Virus record (IMG/VR): IMGVR_UViG_3300037188_000033
Location: 1-39,129 of that record
Length of the DNA stretch: 39,129 nt
Source of the DNA: a virus
Taxonomy: Duplodnaviria > Caudoviricetes
Reading direction: 5' to 3' (one strand)
Positions within the stretch are counted from its first letter, which is position 1. Each line of letters begins with the position of its first letter. The position numbers and the translations under genes were made by a program. The notes under the pieces are model-generated. The model was not told the origin of the DNA and ran no database searches. It saw only the letters and a list, made by a program, of their open reading frames with translations. Below are positions 23,683 through 32,699 of the stretch, piece after piece.

Positions 23683-25602
23683 TTAAGTGATAGATGTACT
23701 TGCCACTATATAATATGTGGTTCCATCTATTGAAATAGCAAGTTTTTTGATTACTCCACCAGGAGTTCCAGATGCACCAGAAGTGACATAAGTAGGCCCG
23801 ACAAGGCCGGCATTGGTATTTAATAAAAGAAGATTTGTAGCTCCACCTACTAAATATATTTGACCACCAAGAATAGCGGCCGTGGTATTTGTCATAGCTA
23901 TACCATACATTCCAGTAGTATTTGTAAGAGTACCTGAGGTAGCACCGTAATCTCCCCAGAGAGGAGCCGTCTGTCCGGCATTAATGGTAGCGGCTGAAAT
24001 ATCTAATTGACCAAACACCCCAGCATTCCAAGAAGAGCCAGACAATGTGCCTGTTGGAATTAATTTACCTTCAACACCGTATAAGAACCCACCACTAGCT
24101 CCAACATAATTTACTACACCTCGTACGCCAACCAAATTGCCTGATGTCATCGTAGTAGCTAACTCTGAAACCTGACCAGTTATAGAGCGAATCGTACCAG
24201 GGGTTGCCGATGTGGTTGACGCAGTATTTAATGATGGTAAATTTTGTGATAGTGCACCTGAACCTCCGAAAACACCTATATTTCCAGGAGTACCACTTCC
24301 ACCGCCGCCACCTGCTGATGCTGTTGCAATGTACCCAATAACAGAAACGCCGGGGTCAGCCGATGCCAAAATAGTTAAAGTTCCGGCAGATGGAGTAACT
24401 TTTTGTATAAGATGCGCGCCTGCTTGAGACTTAAAATCTGCAGTCACAATACTTGATGCTGTAATGCTCGCATCTGAAATTACAATAGAGGCGAAACCAC
24501 CTGCATAACTATAATTTGCAGCGTGAAGACCCAAAGCACTTATGTTACCTGGCAACATTGCTGCATATTGCATAACGGCTACACCAGGGCCAGAAGTTAC
24601 GACAAATGTTATTGTCCCAGCTCCAGCCGTTGCAGTATAGATTTCTGATGGAGTTCCTTGACTTGCGAAATTGGCAGTTACCACCATGCCTGCGGTAATA
24701 TTTGGATCAGCTATTACGAATGTTGCAGGGCCACTACTGAATGAAACTTTACCAACAACTACACCTGCGGTTAATAAAGCTGCCGATGGCGTGAAGGAAA
24801 TATATTCAAGAACCCCAGTTGAAGGTGCTGTATCTGTTGTAACGGTAAATGAACCTGCGGCTGGTAATACTGTTTGGATAGTTACAACGTTTGCACTACT
24901 GACAAAACGTGCAATCACTACAGAGCTTGTAGTAATAGCGGAGTCAGTTATAACAGTCGAAGCAGTTGGAAAAGAACCAGCGATAGTTGCAGAATGCACG
25001 CTTGAACCACCACCACCACCTGCTATAAGGGCAGCTACACTGGCTGCGGTTATACCAGAATCAATCATTACACCCTGGGTTCCACTGGCAACTGGAAAGT
25101 CTCCAGAAACAAATGGATGAGTACCTGGAGCAATTAGCAATTGAGCATTAGCATTGCCTGGGTCTGGAATAACAATAGTAGTATCTTGCCCCATATTGGC
25201 ATTAGCTAATAAAGTATCAAAACCGCCTGTGCTTGGAATAGCTTGGATGGTTAAAGATCCATCAGCTGGGTTTGCCGTAGCATCAATAGTAATGTGACCT
25301 ATAAAAATTGAATTTTCTTCGGTTGGGGTAATTAAACTATAAGCTAAATCGCCAGGAAGTCCCGTAACAGCGACTTGATACCAGGCAGTTGCAATAGTGG
25401 CATTAGCTGCCATGGAGTTTTGTGTGATTACAGCGACCAAATCGCCATTACTAAGACCTGGCAATAATCCTTCATGAATAGGATTTGTTAAATAGCCGGT
25501 TGTGGTAACGGTGGCTATGGTATCGTTTGTTTTAAGAAAAGCTAAATTAGGTCTAATCCCGGCTAATCCTGGGAAACTTACTTGTGATGATAAAATAGGC
25601 AT
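23683..25602 (-). CDS. Virion fibre/decoration protein with three tandem beta-rich repeats
   Basis: 639 aa, G/A/T/S-rich; repeats ITDSAITTSSVVIARF, IADPNITAGMVVTANF and ISDASITASSIVTADF; ends KLAISIDGTTYYI. Confidence 0.65.
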   Translation of the reverse strand: MPILSSQVSFPGLAGIRPNLAFLKTNDTIATVTTTGYLTNPIHEGLLPGLSNGDLVAVITQNSMAANATIATAWYQVAVTGLPGDLAYSLITPTEENSIFIGHITIDATANPADGSLTIQAIPSTGGFDTLLANANMGQDTTIVIPDPGNANAQLLIAPGTHPFVSGDFPVASGTQGVMIDSGITAASVAALIAGGGGGSSVHSATIAGSFPTASTVITDSAITTSSVVIARFVSSANVVTIQTVLPAAGSFTVTTDTAPSTGVLEYISFTPSAALLTAGVVVGKVSFSSGPATFVIADPNITAGMVVTANFASQGTPSEIYTATAGAGTITFVVTSGPGVAVMQYAAMLPGNISALGLHAANYSYAGGFASIVISDASITASSIVTADFKSQAGAHLIQKVTPSAGTLTILASADPGVSVIGYIATASAGGGGGSGTPGNIGVFGGSGALSQNLPSLNTASTTSATPGTIRSITGQVSELATTMTSGNLVGVRGVVNYVGASGGFLYGVEGKLIPTGTLSGSSWNAGVFGQLDISAATINAGQTAPLWGDYGATSGTLTNTTGMYGIAMTNTTAAILGGQIYLVGGATNLLLLNTNAGLVGPTYVTSGASGTPGGVIKKLAISIDGTTYYIVASTSIT

Positions 25603-25712
25603 GGAAAGCGCTCCTTGATAAATGTATAATTGCGAAGCAAAATCCAGCTTTTGGACTTTGCAGTAAATCCTATTTAAAGTGTAGTAAAGGTATTGAGAAA
25701 TGCTATTTAGTT

Positions 25713-25934
25713 GTGAAACTTATGAGTGAACCCAAAACCAAGCTCAAACCATTAGATTTAACTTTCAAAGATAAGGATGCGTCCCAATCTAAAGCTGAAA
25801 AGAGATTAAACGAGAAACAATTAAGAATTATGGAAACCAGAATGAAAAAACAAATGGAAGCACTTTATGATAGCGAATCTAGTGATGACGATGCAGACAA
25901 AGAAGTGCAGAGCATATTGAAGGTAAAGTTATGA
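25713..25934 (+). CDS. Hypothetical protein
   Basis: Charged ORF coupled (ATGA) to the next gene; the start may be ATG 25722. Confidence 0.55.
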   Translation: MKLMSEPKTKLKPLDLTFKDKDASQSKAEKRLNEKQLRIMETRMKKQMEALYDSESSDDDADKEVQSILKVKL

Positions 25935-26134
25935 CAATTACAAACCCAATGACATCTATCGCAACTGAAGAAGCTTTATTGGATATTGTTAAAAGCATGC
26001 AACGAAGGATAGGCGAATTGGAGCTGAGAATAGAAGTTTTAGAACAAGCTTCCTTCAAACATGAAATGACATTAATTCAGCATAAGAAAGCAGCCGAGAA
26101 TTTTATAGAGCGATATAATATAGTCGATAAATAA
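25931..26134 (+). CDS. Coiled-coil hypothetical protein
   Basis: 67 aa; IGELELRIEVLEQ heptads. Confidence 0.55.
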   Translation: MTITNPMTSIATEEALLDIVKSMQRRIGELELRIEVLEQASFKHEMTLIQHKKAAENFIERYNIVDK

Positions 26135-26161
26135 GTTCGCATAATGTATGTTATGTTAAAT
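26134..26161 (+). other. dif-like XerC/XerD recombination site
   Basis: AGTTCGCATAA-TGTATG-TTATGTTAAAT versus E. coli dif GGTGCGCATAA-TGTATA-TTATGTTAAAT; the XerD arm is identical, 25/28 overall; intergenic. Confidence 0.88.
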
Positions 26162-26179
26162 TGTATGGAGAAATAGAAA

Positions 26180-26353
26180 ATGTTTGAAATATTATTTGAT
26201 ATCTATAAAGTAGTATGTTTCACGTGCTTAACTTTGGTATTAGTTAGTTCAACTATAGCTTTCATGCATTATCTTTTGAAGGATTTATTTAGAAAGCAAC
26301 CCTTGAAAGATATTTACGACTACCGCAAGAAACACTCCACCAATTCCGATTGA
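26180..26353 (+). CDS. Small single-TM protein (57 aa)
   Basis: MFEILFDIYKVVCFTCLTLVLVSSTIAFMHY...; GGAG RBS; its 3' end overlaps the convergent gene. Confidence 0.4.
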   Translation: MFEILFDIYKVVCFTCLTLVLVSSTIAFMHYLLKDLFRKQPLKDIYDYRKKHSTNSD

Positions 26354-26551
26354 TAAGTATTTGTAACTTAAATCCATTTTTAAAATTATTTTATCCATTG
26401 CATTAGCAAAGTCATTTCTAATGTCTTTAATATCTTGTTTAGTTACTTGAATAGAGTCTGAAATAGCTCTGGCTTGAGCATGCGCTTGTTCTTTTGAAAT
26501 TCCAGCAGCTAATAAATTATCATATATTTCTAATGCATCTTTATGGCTCAT
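26285..26551 (-). CDS. DUF1640/CCDC90-like membrane-anchored coiled-coil protein
   Basis: MSHKDALEIYDNLLAAGISKEQA...VTKQDI...C-terminal TM; GAGGTG RBS and an upstream extended -10 TGATATAAT. Confidence 0.75.
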   Translation of the reverse strand: MSHKDALEIYDNLLAAGISKEQAHAQARAISDSIQVTKQDIKDIRNDFANAMDKIILKMDLSYKYLSIGIGGVFLAVVVNIFQGLLSK

Positions 26552-26591
26552 ATCTCACCTCTGTAACTAACTTTTATATGGCTATATTATA

Positions 26592-27275
26592 TCATACCGA
26601 TGCTTTCAGTCCCATATTGTAATAATCTCTAGCTCCGGTTCCATAAGCATCTTTGCGATTTCTGCCAGCTAATAAAGCTTTTACGCCTCCAGGTCCGGCT
26701 AAATGAGCGGCTGCTATCATTGCATTAATTTGTTGTTGTGGGGTATCTTTTTTGATTAATCCGAGTTTAGTTAATGTCTTTTTATTGGAATCCATAAATC
26801 TTTGCATGGCAGAATCTTGAATGCCTTTATCTCCCAAGAAAGCTTGCTTACCTCCAGGTATTGTCCAGTTTTCTGCATTATTTAAAGCTTTATTTCCAAG
26901 CTTTCCAGCACCTGGTTTTAAAAGCCCAACGGTTTCTAATGCAGGCGCACCAAATTGGTAGGCTCCCGTAAAACCTAAATTATTAGTAACACCGTAATTA
27001 CCGCCAGATTCACGTTTTCTCAATATATCCATCAATGAACCGCCATTAGCTGCGGGCATTTGTTGTTGCCTCATATTACCACTTTGTAATATTTGGCTAA
27101 AATCATTGCCTTGAGCAGGATTGAAATTATTTTGCATTTGTTGTTGCTGTTGTTGGTTTTGTTGAATAGGATTCCACAAATTTTGAAAGCGTTGGAAGTA
27201 ATCTTGAACGGGCCGTTGTTGACGTCCATATCCTTGGTCGTTTCCTATATCAAAGTTGTATGTTTGAATTGGCAT
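26592..27275 (-). CDS. Lysozyme/lytic-transglycosylase-like protein with Q-rich N-terminus
   Basis: RESGGNY (candidate catalytic Glu), GAYQF, QD..M, AAHLAGPGG, DAYGT. Confidence 0.7.
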   Translation of the reverse strand: MPIQTYNFDIGNDQGYGRQQRPVQDYFQRFQNLWNPIQQNQQQQQQMQNNFNPAQGNDFSQILQSGNMRQQQMPAANGGSLMDILRKRESGGNYGVTNNLGFTGAYQFGAPALETVGLLKPGAGKLGNKALNNAENWTIPGGKQAFLGDKGIQDSAMQRFMDSNKKTLTKLGLIKKDTPQQQINAMIAAAHLAGPGGVKALLAGRNRKDAYGTGARDYYNMGLKASV

Positions 27276-27284
27276 TTGAAGTTC

Positions 27285-27401
27285 CTATTTTTTCTTCTTA
27301 GGCTTAATACCTTTCATGCCTTTATGCATATTTTCAAGTTTCTCTATTGCTTTCATTTCAGCTTTTTCATGCTTTAAATTGTTTGATTTAACTTTTTTCA
27401 T
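27285..27401 (-). CDS. Lys-rich microprotein (38 aa)
   Basis: [38 protein letters not shown]; ATGA-coupled. Confidence 0.55.
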   Translation of the reverse strand: MKKVKSNNLKHEKAEMKAIEKLENMHKGMKGIKPKKKK

Positions 27402-27544
27402 TTCTTTGCTCCTTTTTTGGGTTTAGATTTTCCAGCTTTTGACATTGCAATTGCAATACTTTGTTTCTGAGGCTTTCCCGCATGCATTTCTGTGCGAATA
27501 TTTTCAGATATAACTTTTTTAGATTTTCCGGATTTAAGTGGCAT
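27398..27544 (-). CDS. Small basic phage protein (48 aa)
   Basis: [41 protein letters not shown]..., a pattern common in tailed phages; AAGGAG RBS. Confidence 0.7.
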   Translation of the reverse strand: MPLKSGKSKKVISENIRTEMHAGKPQKQSIAIAMSKAGKSKPKKGAKK

Positions 27545-27556
27545 CGTTGACTCTCC

Positions 27557-30091
27557 TTAACACCAAATTGATCCTATTATCCCAGTTAAATAATTGACAC
27601 TATTTACTGATGTCGTTCCATAAAACGTTGTTGATCCTGTTGCTGAGGATATTTCTAACCAAGCTAAATAATTATTACCGATTGGTGGATATCCTTTATA
27701 GAAAGAAGAAGCGGCGGTAGCTTGTGTATTACTAGCCATTTGAGTACTTCCTAATAAATTTGTTGTGCTAATAGATGTTGTTGAATTCAGTGCTACCGCA
27801 GTTCCTATTGAAGCGGCTGATGAATTACTGGCGGAACCATTTGCAATTCCATTAACAATGCATTCAGAAACTCCTATGAAGAAGTTTAATTGATTTGCTA
27901 CATTCGCATTAGATTGCCTCCATGTGGCAGTTGTATATGTCCAGGAAGCAGTTGGATCATTTCTTATCATATCTTTTTCTACGCGATTATAATAATTAGA
28001 TAAAAATCTATTGGCAACGCTATCTTCCGTTTGACCAGATACCCCAGTTGTTTGGAATGAACCCAAATAGCGTTTGCCTAAATCTCCTGATTTGCAGTAG
28101 ATACCATCTTGGAAAACTATAGCAGTAGCTCTAGTTGTTAAATTTGTCCAAGCAACTAACTGTAATGTTAGTGTGCCTCCTCCGCTATCATAACAAAACA
28201 CATCATATCCTGTAACAGTTGTAGCAGGAACTGCAATACTAAGCTGAGCATTTTGATAAAGTTGCCATGTTCCTGAAGTAAAAAGGGCAATGTAATTTCC
28301 CTTATATGGAACACAATATATGGTGGTTGCAGCTAAAACATCAGCGGTAGTGACGGGAACTGCTGTGGTTAATGATAATCTGAATTGACAAAATGAATTT
28401 ATTAGTGCACTTATAGTGCCAGTTGTGGTAATTGTTCCACCACCCAAACCTACTCCAGTTGCAACGCTTGTCACTGTTCCGGTTCCAGGGGCAGATGAAG
28501 CAATAGTAATGGTCCCTGCACCTGGAGTAATAGTTATGTTAGCGCCAGCCGTTAAAGAGGCTGCCACAGGAGTTTCTCCAGTTGATCCAATAATAATCTG
28601 GCCGTTAGTCATAGTGCCACTCATGACTGGAACGCCTGTCGATGTTGTAACTAAAGTTGCGGAATTGGCAGTAGCTAATCCCGCTATCACATTATTCGCA
28701 GAGGAATAAAGCAACTGATTAATAGTGGAAGTTGCTGGCCATGTTGTTGTTGACCATAATGGTGCAGAAGATGCGCCTGATTGTATCATCTGATTAGCGG
28801 TTGCAGTTCCTGCAAGAATTGCCCCTGCGGTTGCAGTGGAATAGAATATGCCGCCATTAGACGCTGTTAGATTCGCATTGGTACCACCATAAGCTAAAGG
28901 AATAACAGAACCGTTCCAAACGCCTGTTGTTATAGTTCCTAATGTTGTTATTGAAGTTTGTCCAACATAAGTTGCAGCTATATCGATAACGGGCGTAGCC
29001 CCCCCGGTGGATGTAATTCTATTTACTGTTCCGGAAACAGAAGTTACAGTGCCACTTCCTAATGATACTGATGACCATGTAATACCATCATTGGTTAATT
29101 CAGTGAGTCCGGTTGTTGTATTAAATCTTATTGTTCCTGCTCCTCCCGCTTCCTGTAAAGTAGTTCCAGCAGGTAAGGTAACCCCGCCTGTTCCAGGCAA
29201 TATAGGATTATTAGCAATTGAGATTACAGGTGTAGCACCGCCTGTACTTGCTATTTGATTGGCTGTGCCACTTACGCTAGTCACTGTTCCAACAGTCGTC
29301 GATAAAGTTCCGGATGTTGGAAAAATTACAGCAGTATTGCCGACAAGTGTCCCAGTGAATGTATAAGCGCCAGAAAAAGCAACATTGCCGCCAATTGTAA
29401 TTGTGTTACTACCATTATTGATTCCTGTTCCGCCATAAGTTGGGCCAATTATGCTGCCATTCCATGTTCCAGTTGTGATTGTACCGAGAGTGGTTATGCT
29501 CGTTTGACCGATATATCCAGGGTCAATACTAATCGTTGAAACCGTTCCTAAAGTTACTACATCTATTTGGCCGGGAGTTCCAGCGACGGTATAACTTACG
29601 CCGGTATTAAATGCCTGAAAAACAATAGGACTTATACCTATTGCCGATACAACTGCAACTTCAATCCATTGAGTATTATCATTTGTAAAGCCATTCAATA
29701 TGGTAAAAGTGCTTCCTTGATAAACTTGTGCAGGGGTATTGTAATCTACTGAACGGGTTAAGACCCAATTTACGGACGCTGAACCAACTGTAGTTATTGT
29801 ATATACACCGTTTTGAAGAGCGCTTGCTTGATTCTTGACTAGAACCCTAGAGCCCAATGGAGGATTAATTCCATCAACTAAGAATGCCGCCATTGCGCCA
29901 GAATTTGTTAATGTAGCGCCTACACCATTTGTTCCATTATTATAGACAGCAGTTAGATTAACTGTAGTAGCGGCAAAAACAATAGGTTGTAATGTAGAAA
30001 ATTGAGTGTCTTGGCCATTTCTAAGACCAACTAAAATATCGCCAGCAATAATCTGACCACCGGCATTAAATTGACTGAATTTAGTTGGCAT
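27557..30091 (-). CDS. Tail fibre / receptor-binding protein
   Basis: 844 aa; RVLVKNQ....QNGVY...WVLTR..D domain, repeated GQTSITTLGTITTG.WNGS and GTVTSVSGT...STGGATPVI, C-terminal RYLGSF. Confidence 0.8.
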   Translation of the reverse strand: MPTKFSQFNAGGQIIAGDILVGLRNGQDTQFSTLQPIVFAATTVNLTAVYNNGTNGVGATLTNSGAMAAFLVDGINPPLGSRVLVKNQASALQNGVYTITTVGSASVNWVLTRSVDYNTPAQVYQGSTFTILNGFTNDNTQWIEVAVVSAIGISPIVFQAFNTGVSYTVAGTPGQIDVVTLGTVSTISIDPGYIGQTSITTLGTITTGTWNGSIIGPTYGGTGINNGSNTITIGGNVAFSGAYTFTGTLVGNTAVIFPTSGTLSTTVGTVTSVSGTANQIASTGGATPVISIANNPILPGTGGVTLPAGTTLQEAGGAGTIRFNTTTGLTELTNDGITWSSVSLGSGTVTSVSGTVNRITSTGGATPVIDIAATYVGQTSITTLGTITTGVWNGSVIPLAYGGTNANLTASNGGIFYSTATAGAILAGTATANQMIQSGASSAPLWSTTTWPATSTINQLLYSSANNVIAGLATANSATLVTTSTGVPVMSGTMTNGQIIIGSTGETPVAASLTAGANITITPGAGTITIASSAPGTGTVTSVATGVGLGGGTITTTGTISALINSFCQFRLSLTTAVPVTTADVLAATTIYCVPYKGNYIALFTSGTWQLYQNAQLSIAVPATTVTGYDVFCYDSGGGTLTLQLVAWTNLTTRATAIVFQDGIYCKSGDLGKRYLGSFQTTGVSGQTEDSVANRFLSNYYNRVEKDMIRNDPTASWTYTTATWRQSNANVANQLNFFIGVSECIVNGIANGSASNSSAASIGTAVALNSTTSISTTNLLGSTQMASNTQATAASSFYKGYPPIGNNYLAWLEISSATGSTTFYGTTSVNSVNYLTGIIGSIWC

Positions 30092-30094
30092 TGC

Positions 30095-30502
30095 CTACTC
30101 CTGAACGGCGTAAAATTGCACTATTACGTTGGGTGTTCCGCCAGAGATAAAGTTTAAAACATCGCCTGATTTAACCAAAAAGCAAAGACCATCTTCTGGT
30201 ATCAAAACAGACGAAACAGCATTTAAAACTATACCTACCGCAGGCGCAATAGGTTTAACAGCAGCCGTATTTAATGCAACAAAAGTATCGGTTGCAGCGG
30301 TTGTTGCAGGAGTACAGTTTATTAATGCATAAAACTTATTAAACTGGGTTGCGGTGGGTGCTCCCATTGCGGCCGTTAATGGAACAGCAATAGTGCTATT
30401 TGTATTCGCTGCAAGAAGAGCAGAATAAACCGTATCTGAGAATTGGCGGCTCCAACCGTTGACGCCATTTCTTGTTCTGTCAGCATTATAATTTGTAGTC
30501 AT
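30095..30502 (-). CDS. Tail-associated structural protein
   Basis: 135 aa beta-rich ORF between the fibre genes; AAGGAG RBS. Confidence 0.55.
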   Translation of the reverse strand: MTTNYNADRTRNGVNGWSRQFSDTVYSALLAANTNSTIAVPLTAAMGAPTATQFNKFYALINCTPATTAATDTFVALNTAAVKPIAPAVGIVLNAVSSVLIPEDGLCFLVKSGDVLNFISGGTPNVIVQFYAVQE

Positions 30503-30519
30503 GAAAAACTCCTTTTAAA

Positions 30520-32601
30520 CTATTGACCTAATCTTGAATCCGCTGTCCATTGCAACGCATATGCTCCACTTTGATGAGCTCCTGCATCTTGATCAAAACT
30601 AACATAATATCCTCGTTGTGTTACATTTTTTGCAAAAATAACACAAGAGGTAGCTGTGCTAACGTCATATATTCCAGATCCCGCGGCCGCTGGATTATAT
30701 GTAGTAAATGTAGTAGGCACAGTAATCATTTCTGTTTCCCAATCTTCACTTACTGTATTTGTGGTGCTTTGAGCAAAAGATGTTCCACTTATGAAATAAC
30801 TTTCATTATTTCCTAATCCTAGGCCAGATGCTGGCACTTGACCCGGAGCAAAGGACATTTGATAATAACGTTGACACTGGCTTAAAACTTCATCGAATGT
30901 TTTGGCACCAGGCTGAGTTGCTATAAAGCCTTTTTGTAAAGATATGTTTTCTACAGAAAAATTATTACCAGCTGAAATAACACCAGTTCCCACTACTATT
31001 GCTAACCATTTAGCATTCGTAATGCCCACATTTCTCCAGCCAGAAAATGAATTAAATTGGAATGTAACATTGCTAACAGGAAAGATTGCTGGTCCTAAAT
31101 TACTTCTAGGAATTTCAGTCCAATTACCTGTTAATAAGGATGGATGACCATTAGCATCTACAGATGCCACTAATGAAATATTTCCAGCTATTGTACTTGG
31201 TAAAACAGCATCAGAAGAAAGCCATAAAGAAATACTTGCATTAAAAGCAGGTCCATTTGTCACACAAGATATAGCAGAGCATAAATCGAAGTATTGCAGG
31301 GTTGTGACATCAGGCAAAGGTATATATTGAATAATGGCTAATTGTGTATTCGCAGTTGCTGATAATCTCAATGCACCACTTTGTCCTCTACTAGTTGTAA
31401 AACTATTTGTAACACTTTGAAATACAATTGTTTGATCCCATACATAATTCGAAGTATTAACCCCGGTATTGAAAGCTCCAATAGTAGTTCCTAAGAACTG
31501 CGCAGGATTTAATGGAAAGTCCCATCCTACTAGATAACTTGGTATGGGTTTATATTGTAGTTGGGAAAAAAAGTAATCAAACATATTAGCTATTTGACGA
31601 TTTACAGGCGTTTCGTCATAAACAACTGGCACATTGCGTTGAATGCCTAATACCTGGACATTACTGAATTGAGTAGGATTAGTTGTCGATAAAACCAAAT
31701 TAATATTGACAAATCCCACATCTGAAAAGTCGGTGTTCGTTGCCGGCGCTAATTGGACGGTATTATTGAATTGTGTAAATACACCTGTTGTATTATTTGC
31801 CGTTAATACGGTTTGTGCTGGGCCTTGGCTTGGTGCGTATTGCATTGTGACAGCGCTGCCTGGAGCCAAAAGAATGCTTGAGGCTAGCCAACCGTTAAGA
31901 CCGCCGGGTTGTGGTGACCAAATATCAGGATTATGGAATAGTTCTTGGGTCAAACTAAGTGCGCTTACATTAGCGCCGGGCGTTACGGTCAGGGTATAGG
32001 GAGGATTAAATGGATATGCAGCACTTCCTCTAATTGTATTTCTGGTTACCGTGACAGAACCTGCGCCGGTTGATGTTATATTTAGAATCCAATCTGGGGC
32101 TATTGGAACATTGATAGTACCTGCGCCCGCAAATGTAATGACATCGGGAGCAGTTGGAACAAAGTTCACCAAAGCGAACTGAGGATTGCTCAGTTTATTG
32201 CCGGTATTGCCTAAGGTGCCTATCGCAACATCGCCGCCGTTAGTGATGGCTTCATTTGGCCATGCTTCACGTGTGAATTGAGGCACTAACATAGAATTGG
32301 TAACAGTCACATAATATAGTTGTAGATTCCCGGCGGCATCATATGGGTTTGCATAGAGGGCGATATTGTTGCCAGCCATATCTTGAATAGTGCCTACTGA
32401 GCTTAGAATGACTGGATTTGGCAGTGGCTCATAGGTATAATTTGGCGGAGCTCCTGCAAGCTCATAGACGAGTTTCGGTGTTGTTCTTGCGTTATCCTGG
32501 TAGAAGGTTACAATGCCGCCAGATAAAGGAAGACCCGTGTCTTTATCGACAAAGTACATTTCGAGTTCGAAGCCGGTAATGAAGTGCGGATCAAGTGCCA
32601 T
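30520..32601 (-). CDS. Tailspike/tail-fibre adaptor with head-binding N-terminal domain
   Basis: FVDKDTGLPLSGGIVTFY...NPVILSSVG N-terminus; late EVLSQCQRYY; at the P22 gp9 position. Confidence 0.75.
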   Translation of the reverse strand: MALDPHFITGFELEMYFVDKDTGLPLSGGIVTFYQDNARTTPKLVYELAGAPPNYTYEPLPNPVILSSVGTIQDMAGNNIALYANPYDAAGNLQLYYVTVTNSMLVPQFTREAWPNEAITNGGDVAIGTLGNTGNKLSNPQFALVNFVPTAPDVITFAGAGTINVPIAPDWILNITSTGAGSVTVTRNTIRGSAAYPFNPPYTLTVTPGANVSALSLTQELFHNPDIWSPQPGGLNGWLASSILLAPGSAVTMQYAPSQGPAQTVLTANNTTGVFTQFNNTVQLAPATNTDFSDVGFVNINLVLSTTNPTQFSNVQVLGIQRNVPVVYDETPVNRQIANMFDYFFSQLQYKPIPSYLVGWDFPLNPAQFLGTTIGAFNTGVNTSNYVWDQTIVFQSVTNSFTTSRGQSGALRLSATANTQLAIIQYIPLPDVTTLQYFDLCSAISCVTNGPAFNASISLWLSSDAVLPSTIAGNISLVASVDANGHPSLLTGNWTEIPRSNLGPAIFPVSNVTFQFNSFSGWRNVGITNAKWLAIVVGTGVISAGNNFSVENISLQKGFIATQPGAKTFDEVLSQCQRYYQMSFAPGQVPASGLGLGNNESYFISGTSFAQSTTNTVSEDWETEMITVPTTFTTYNPAAAGSGIYDVSTATSCVIFAKNVTQRGYYVSFDQDAGAHQSGAYALQWTADSRLGQ

Positions 32602-32620
32602 GAGTCAGTCCTTTAAAGGG

Positions 32621-32649
32621 TTGCATTCCTATATTTAGTGTAGTAGAAT
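32621..32649 (+). promoter_or_regulatory. sigma70-like promoter for the 32700 moron, overlapping a divergent -10
   Basis: TTGCAT-N17-TAGAAT; CTACTACACTAAAT on the opposite strand. Confidence 0.55.
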
Positions 32650-32699
32650 TTAGGAATAACAAGATTAAGTTATTAAGAAAACTATGAGGAGATACACGT

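Noticed and set aside
24212-25120. Plus-strand ORFs inside fibre genes (also 28416-29752 and 30129-31999)
   Set aside because: These are antisense shadows of G/A/T/S-rich coding sequence, with no RBS or motif support.
28860-29520. Tail-fibre repeats as a DGR template/variable pair or shufflon
   Set aside because: They are ordinary in-frame protein repeats, and there is no reverse transcriptase or invertase in the genome.
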